Shown here: positions 59,209 to 64,000 of the stretch, piece after piece | Layout of the letters: every line of letters starts with the position of its first letter | Numbering within the stretch: position 1 is the first letter of the stretch | DNA from: Nitrososphaeria archaeon | Lineage (GTDB): Archaea; Thermoproteota; Nitrososphaeria; JACIWG01 | DNA: 64,000 bases | Direction: 5' to 3' | Assembly: GCA_050011875.1 (NCBI GenBank) | Contig: JBEKIG010000003.1 | Span: 32,001-96,000, forward strand | Translations under genes and position numbers: made by a program | The notes under the pieces: model-generated | Database searches by the model: none | The model's input: the letters and a program-made list of their open reading frames with translations, nothing else | What the model was told of the DNA's origin: nothing

Positions 59209-60213
59209 CTATCTGATAGGATTGTCTTTTATCTTTTGTACCAGAGAGATGGTATAATTTGAGTCTAGGTATTCGTCTAACTGTTCAAGGGCGTCAAATT
59301 CTTCTTTGGTTTTTTGGGCGGAGCTCTCAAAATTATAAAATCTACCACAGATTTTGCATTCCGTCTTAGTTAAAAGAACTATGTTATCTTTAATCCTGTT
59401 AAGCGTTATATCCGATCTTACTAACTTGAGAGATGCACCACACCCACATCTTTGTCGAAGAGCGTTCTTTAACGCCTTCCTTCTCTCGTGAGCACCACGC
59501 TCAGTAGATCTTAACAGCTCACTTCTATAAGCCCTGTATTGGGGGTCATCCGATATTATCGGAAATGATTGTTCGAGGTTATCTAGTGTTGTCATAATGT
59601 TATATGTGTCGTCCTCATAGATTTTTGGCCTCAATAGGTCGTCGGTCTGGAATTTTTGAATCGCCCACGTAGGGACATCATAGTCTAGAAGCTTCTCGAA
59701 ATAGGTTAAGAGTTCCCACAGTGCACGCCCTACGTCTTTTCCAGCTCTACCCTTTAGTTTTGAGGTTGGTGGAAGGTTGACTACGATGTCGCACAATAAA
59801 ACGTTGAAAACATGATCAAGGAAATCTTCTCTTCCACTATAATAGCTGCACCAGAATACATAGTACACGTGATCGATAAGTTTTCCGACAGACTTGACAT
59901 ATCTTTTAGAACTAAGAGAAAAATTTGGAGTGTTACGTCTACAGTTCGCATAAAAATGGTCGAATATTACTTCTGACGCTTTATTCAAATAATACTTTGA
60001 AGAGGATAAAAGTTGCTCATATAATCTTTCATCACAATCGTGTAGATCATTTAGCCAAGAGATAAAGTAAGATGATGAATGACAAATGCTATTAACATTA
60101 GATTTTGTAGGTTTCAGCGTAAGGTAATATGCTAGGCTATTCTTCCACCTTTCGCATCCTCTTATTAGCCTCTTTTGCTCATCAGACATTATTTTTTTAT
60201 CGCAAGCCAGCAA
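59209..60213 (-). CDS. Hypothetical protein with C-terminal Zn-ribbon-like Cys pairs
   Basis: CGCG...CKICG; no family recognised. Confidence 0.6.
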   Translation of the reverse strand: MLACDKKIMSDEQKRLIRGCERWKNSLAYYLTLKPTKSNVNSICHSSSYFISWLNDLHDCDERLYEQLLSSSKYYLNKASEVIFDHFYANCRRNTPNFSLSSKRYVKSVGKLIDHVYYVFWCSYYSGREDFLDHVFNVLLCDIVVNLPPTSKLKGRAGKDVGRALWELLTYFEKLLDYDVPTWAIQKFQTDDLLRPKIYEDDTYNIMTTLDNLEQSFPIISDDPQYRAYRSELLRSTERGAHERRKALKNALRQRCGCGASLKLVRSDITLNRIKDNIVLLTKTECKICGRFYNFESSAQKTKEEFDALEQLDEYLDSNYTISLVQKIKDNPIR

Positions 60214-60738
60214 CTAAACGATCTTTAATAAACTTTTTGAAAACAGAAACATATAAGCGTTCAAAAATTAAAAATTAAATTACCTTAATTTTTGAAGGTT
60301 TTCAATTCAAAAGTTTTTATCGCCAGCTAAAATCAATTGGAACCATATTGCTAAAAACAGCGAAAGCCTACAGCAAAAGAAAGCTTTGAGAACTACATTG
60401 GCCACCTTTGCTCGCGATATTAGGGGGGGTCGTGTAAAGACATGCCTTCTAACATAGACAAGTATATCAGCATGATCTCTATATGCGAGCTCGCCTCTGA
60501 CGAAATCGAAAAAGTCAAGGGAAAGATATTTAAGATAAAAGAGAAGATAGTGAAGTATCAAAAAAATTCTCAGATGAAGCTTGAGAGCAATAATTGGAGA
60601 GAGAATGCCCTGGCAGGATTTAGTTTAAGAACAAGGGTTAACCAAAGCCATAGAGGAAGAATGATATAGAAATCATATTTGGAATTAAGAATTAACTTAC
60701 CCAACCCCAAATTTTTTAACTTTAATAAAAAGATATGT

Positions 60739-61092
60739 TTAGAATTTGGAGAGCATTCTATATTTCCTAATATCAGGGTCAGTGGAAAGAGCAGCTTCAA
60801 GAGAATTTGAATTAATTAGTCCAACAAGTATATCAGGTTCGGGTCTATTGGATGTCGCTCTAAAACCGTTTCGAGTAATTAATATATTCAAAGCGATAAG
60901 AGCCTTTACCGATTCATTAAGCTCTTCTTTACTAAAGGCCACAGGCCTCCCCAAAGTAAGCCTAAAAGAATTAAGTTCCGACGATAATTCACTGAACCAG
61001 AGATTTCCTAATTGTAAACTTAAGACTCTAACTATATCGCTCATAAAAAGTTCTTTATTATTTTTAGGCGCATTTAAAAAGGAAAAAGACAT
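60739..61092 (-). CDS. Hypothetical protein, possible winged-helix fold
   Basis: IVRVLS...LWFSELSSEL...ESVKALIALNIL pattern. Confidence 0.55.
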   Translation of the reverse strand: MSFSFLNAPKNNKELFMSDIVRVLSLQLGNLWFSELSSELNSFRLTLGRPVAFSKEELNESVKALIALNILITRNGFRATSNRPEPDILVGLINSNSLEAALSTDPDIRKYRMLSKF

Positions 61093-61172
61093 AACAACAA
61101 ATACAAAGAAGGTGTTCTATAAACTTTAGGAAAAAATCATCTTCACTCTGTAATCTTTGGAGACATACTGGA

Positions 61173-62303
61173 TTACGATTTATGCAATGGATATTTACCG
61201 TATTTTCTTGCCTCATCGACCATAGTGTATATGTTTTCTACTTTAACGTTCGCATGAAGCGAATTGCTCGATGTTAGGACGTAGCCGCCTCCCTTCGCTG
61301 CCTCGTCTATACATCTTCTAACGTCCTTTCTAACCGCTTCCTCATTCCCAAATGGTAGAACATTCCTACAGTCAACGTTTCCTGCGAGACAAATTCTGCT
61401 TCCATATCTTTCTTTTACATCTTTCAAACTCATCGCCCCCGGCTCAATAGGATGGAGACCTGTTATTCCCGTATTAACGATGTCGTCAAGAATTGGGTAT
61501 AGATTTCCATCCGAATGCTTCATCAAGGGTATACCATGTTTCTTAGCGATATTTACTATCTCCTTCAGCTTTGGGAGTTCATATTCTCTGAAAAGTCTAG
61601 GGTTCATCATCGGACCTTTATTATCTGCGTAATCGTCTGTAACAAATAAAACATCGGTACCGGCTTCGATAAGGGATTTGGCAAACCCTTGACAGGTCTT
61701 TGAAATCTTGTCAAATAGCTTGCGGGCGAAGCTTGGGTTCTTGTAAAAGTCTATTGAAAGCTTGTCAATACCACCTCTAACTTGGAAAGCCATATGCCAT
61801 CCGCTGTGACATTGAGCCGTTATTACAATATCCTCTCCCCTTATCCTTCTGATTGTTTTCTGCATCATTTCTACGACATCGGGATGGAAAGGATCCGGAG
61901 GCTCGTAATTATCTAGATCTTCTGGAGAATTTATCGTACCTCCTACAAAGTATGTAGTTTTGGATCGCTGATCCGTCTGCATTATTCTACCCCAGTGGTC
62001 TATGTACCTCTTCTCGTCGATAAACTTGGGTTTATAGTCCTTGGTGGTTAGTGAATAGTCTGACATTGCCGCAACCGCATCGAAGTCGATCTTCTTGCAT
62101 GCTTCAAACATGGAAAGTCTATAATCTATAGACGACTGCCAGCTGTCGCTCCCCCCGGCCATATTTAATACTGTTCCAAGCTTCTTTCCCAAAATTGCTT
62201 CGACAATGGGTGGATCTGGACCTAAATCTGTTATCGGCACGCAATCTGGTTCCTTCAAATCAAGTGCTGCGAAGAATCGTTCCCGATGATTCATACAATT
62301 CAC
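61173..62303 (-). CDS. Uroporphyrinogen decarboxylase-family protein (MtaA-like corrinoid methyltransferase superfamily)
   Basis: MNHRER...PDCVP, DHWG, TDDYA, HSDG, LHPIEP, GNVD, GGGY. Confidence 0.85.
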   Translation of the reverse strand: MNCMNHRERFFAALDLKEPDCVPITDLGPDPPIVEAILGKKLGTVLNMAGGSDSWQSSIDYRLSMFEACKKIDFDAVAAMSDYSLTTKDYKPKFIDEKRYIDHWGRIMQTDQRSKTTYFVGGTINSPEDLDNYEPPDPFHPDVVEMMQKTIRRIRGEDIVITAQCHSGWHMAFQVRGGIDKLSIDFYKNPSFARKLFDKISKTCQGFAKSLIEAGTDVLFVTDDYADNKGPMMNPRLFREYELPKLKEIVNIAKKHGIPLMKHSDGNLYPILDDIVNTGITGLHPIEPGAMSLKDVKERYGSRICLAGNVDCRNVLPFGNEEAVRKDVRRCIDEAAKGGGYVLTSSNSLHANVKVENIYTMVDEARKYGKYPLHKS

Positions 62304-62432
62304 TTACCTATATGTTGCAATTATTCTTATAAGCTTTTAGCTAATCAGTAAGCCGATTCTGAACGTTGTTTGAGTGTTGATCTCAGCGAAACTTATAAAT
62401 GAAAGCTTTTTAATGAAAAGTGAGCTTTAGAG

Positions 62433-64000
62433 ATGTCGAAAAGATTGCACAAGGTTACGGTTTATCCAAAGGCTTCAATTATATATACAAATGATGAAGA
62501 AACATTATTCGAAGCTTTACTTAAAAATGGAATAGAGATCGGGGGCATATGTGGCGGAAAAGGATTGTGCGGCAAATGTTATGTTAAGGTAGCTAAAGGC
62601 GCGGTATCGCCTTTGACTAAGCAAGAGGAAAGATGGCAAAGGGTTCTCGATTCAGATAGTAGACTGTCCTGCCAGATTCGTATTCTATCGGATGCTGAAA
62701 TAGAATTGAATCAGCAGTCAAGGGCTTCCGGAACCAAGATTCTTGTTTGGGGACGAGAAGTAAAATCAGAGCTAAAGCCGAATGTAACCAAGTGTAGGGT
62801 GGTGTTGAAGAAACCATCCCTAGAGGATCAAGAACCAGATCTTAACAGACTTCTCTTATATTTAGACATTGAAAGGTACGATAGCCTTATATTAAGAAAA
62901 GTTTCAAATGTATTGTGGAATTCTGATTTTGACGTCGACGTAGCTATTTTCGATGATGAACTAATCGATCTGTGTCCACATTTTGAGGCAGGTCACTTAT
63001 ACGGGATAGCTTTCGATATAGGTACAACAACCGTTGTTGGCTATTTACACGACCTAGAGGACGGAAAATTGTTAGCTATCAAATCTCACTACAATGAACA
63101 GATAAAATTTGGAGAAGACGTTATTAGCAGAATCGAGTTCGCAAACAGGAATGAAGAAAATCTGTCCAAGATGCATTCGGCGATAATTGAAACCGTAAAC
63201 AGAATCATCTCTGAACTTTTAGAAGAGGCAAAAGTAGATTCCGAAAAGATCTACGATATTGTCTGTTCCGGCAACACCGTCATGTGCTCTTTTCTCCTAG
63301 GGAATAGTGCCTACTTCTCTTCACGTGTACCATATATTCCACCTTTCACTTTACCCACGAAATCTAAGACAAGGGACCTAAAGGTTATATCAAACGGAAA
63401 CGCGTATCTTAGAACACTGCCTTCAATAAGTGCCTACGTTGGAGGAGATCTGGTGGCAGACATACTTGTTTCAGGAATACATAGATTTAAGGAACCTGCT
63501 GCTTTAGTCGACTTGGGAACAAATGCGGAAGTAGTCATTAAGACTGAAGACTGTTTCTTAGCATCTTCCTGCGCTGCTGGCCCCGCCCTTGAAGGATACA
63601 GCATAAGGAACGGCATGAGGGCGATGGAAGGAGCCATAGAGTCGGTGTCCATAAGCGAAGATAACAACGATGTCTTTTTCAAAACTATCGGTGGAACAGA
63701 ACCTTTAGGTATATGCGGTTCAGGAATCGTTGAAGCGCTGGCATGGATGAAGATAAAAGGAATTGTTGATAGAACCGGAAGAATAGTTCTTGGATCAAGT
63801 AAAAAAATCATCAAAGAAAATAGCGAACTTCAGTTTATACTCTTCCAAGAGAAAGGAAAAAAAATAGTTATAACACAAAATGATATTCGGAAGCTCCAGT
63901 TAGCTAAAGCAGCAATCTTCTCCACGTTACTGACGCTGGCAAAGCTGGGAAAGGTTGACATCAGAGACTTCAAGAAATTCTTCGTCGCAGGTGCTTTTGG
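62433..64000 (+). CDS. ASKHA-type reductive activator of corrinoid proteins (RACo-like) with N-terminal 2Fe-2S domain; runs off window end
   Basis: Manual translation: CGGKGLCGKC...RLSCQ, DIGTTTV, FGEDVISRI, GNTVM, YVGGD, DLGTNAE, AAGPALEG, GICGSG, QLAKAA, AGAFG. Confidence 0.93.
   Translation, partial: MSKRLHKVTVYPKASIIYTNDEETLFEALLKNGIEIGGICGGKGLCGKCYVKVAKGAVSPLTKQEERWQRVLDSDSRLSCQIRILSDAEIELNQQSRASGTKILVWGREVKSELKPNVTKCRVVLKKPSLEDQEPDLNRLLLYLDIERYDSLILRKVSNVLWNSDFDVDVAIFDDELIDLCPHFEAGHLYGIAFDIGTTTVVGYLHDLEDGKLLAIKSHYNEQIKFGEDVISRIEFANRNEENLSKMHSAIIETVNRIISELLEEAKVDSEKIYDIVCSGNTVMCSFLLGNSAYFSSRVPYIPPFTLPTKSKTRDLKVISNGNAYLRTLPSISAYVGGDLVADILVSGIHRFKEPAALVDLGTNAEVVIKTEDCFLASSCAAGPALEGYSIRNGMRAMEGAIESVSISEDNNDVFFKTIGGTEPLGICGSGIVEALAWMKIKGIVDRTGRIVLGSSKKIIKENSELQFILFQEKGKKIVITQNDIRKLQLAKAAIFSTLLTLAKLGKVDIRDFKKFFVAGAF

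Noticed and set aside
1-64000. rRNA, tRNA and the many short antisense ORFs in the track
   Set aside because: No rRNA- or tRNA-like sequence recognised by eye (tRNAscan/Infernal not run); the short ORFs overlap well-supported genes on the opposite strand

Overview
Archaeal chromosomal window, most consistent with the TACK/Thermoproteota group (crenarchaeal PolB1-type polymerase, archaeal asparagine synthetase A, TATA-box promoters); the lineage is inferred, not proven. 1-22.7 kb is a minus-strand surface-glycosylation island: many GT2/GT4 enzymes, two deacetylases, radical SAM/SPASM, nucleotidyltransferase, two dTMP-kinase-like proteins and a frameshifted Ser/Thr-rich surface protein. 22.8-28 kb is a membrane block: split and permuted DUF1616, a CPBP protease, duplicated small DPM2-like proteins and aquaporin Z. 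The remainder holds an Lrp/asnA pair, threonine synthesis and catabolism genes, an orphan histidine kinase, a PolB1-like polymerase lacking its exonuclease domain, a Dol-P-sugar synthase plus PMT-type GT39 pair, a long transaldolase-like protein and a corrinoid methyltransferase/activator pair. Several duplications and deletion-fused gene relics point to ongoing rearrangement. No rRNA, tRNA or CRISPR array was seen. All family calls rest on motifs recognised by eye.
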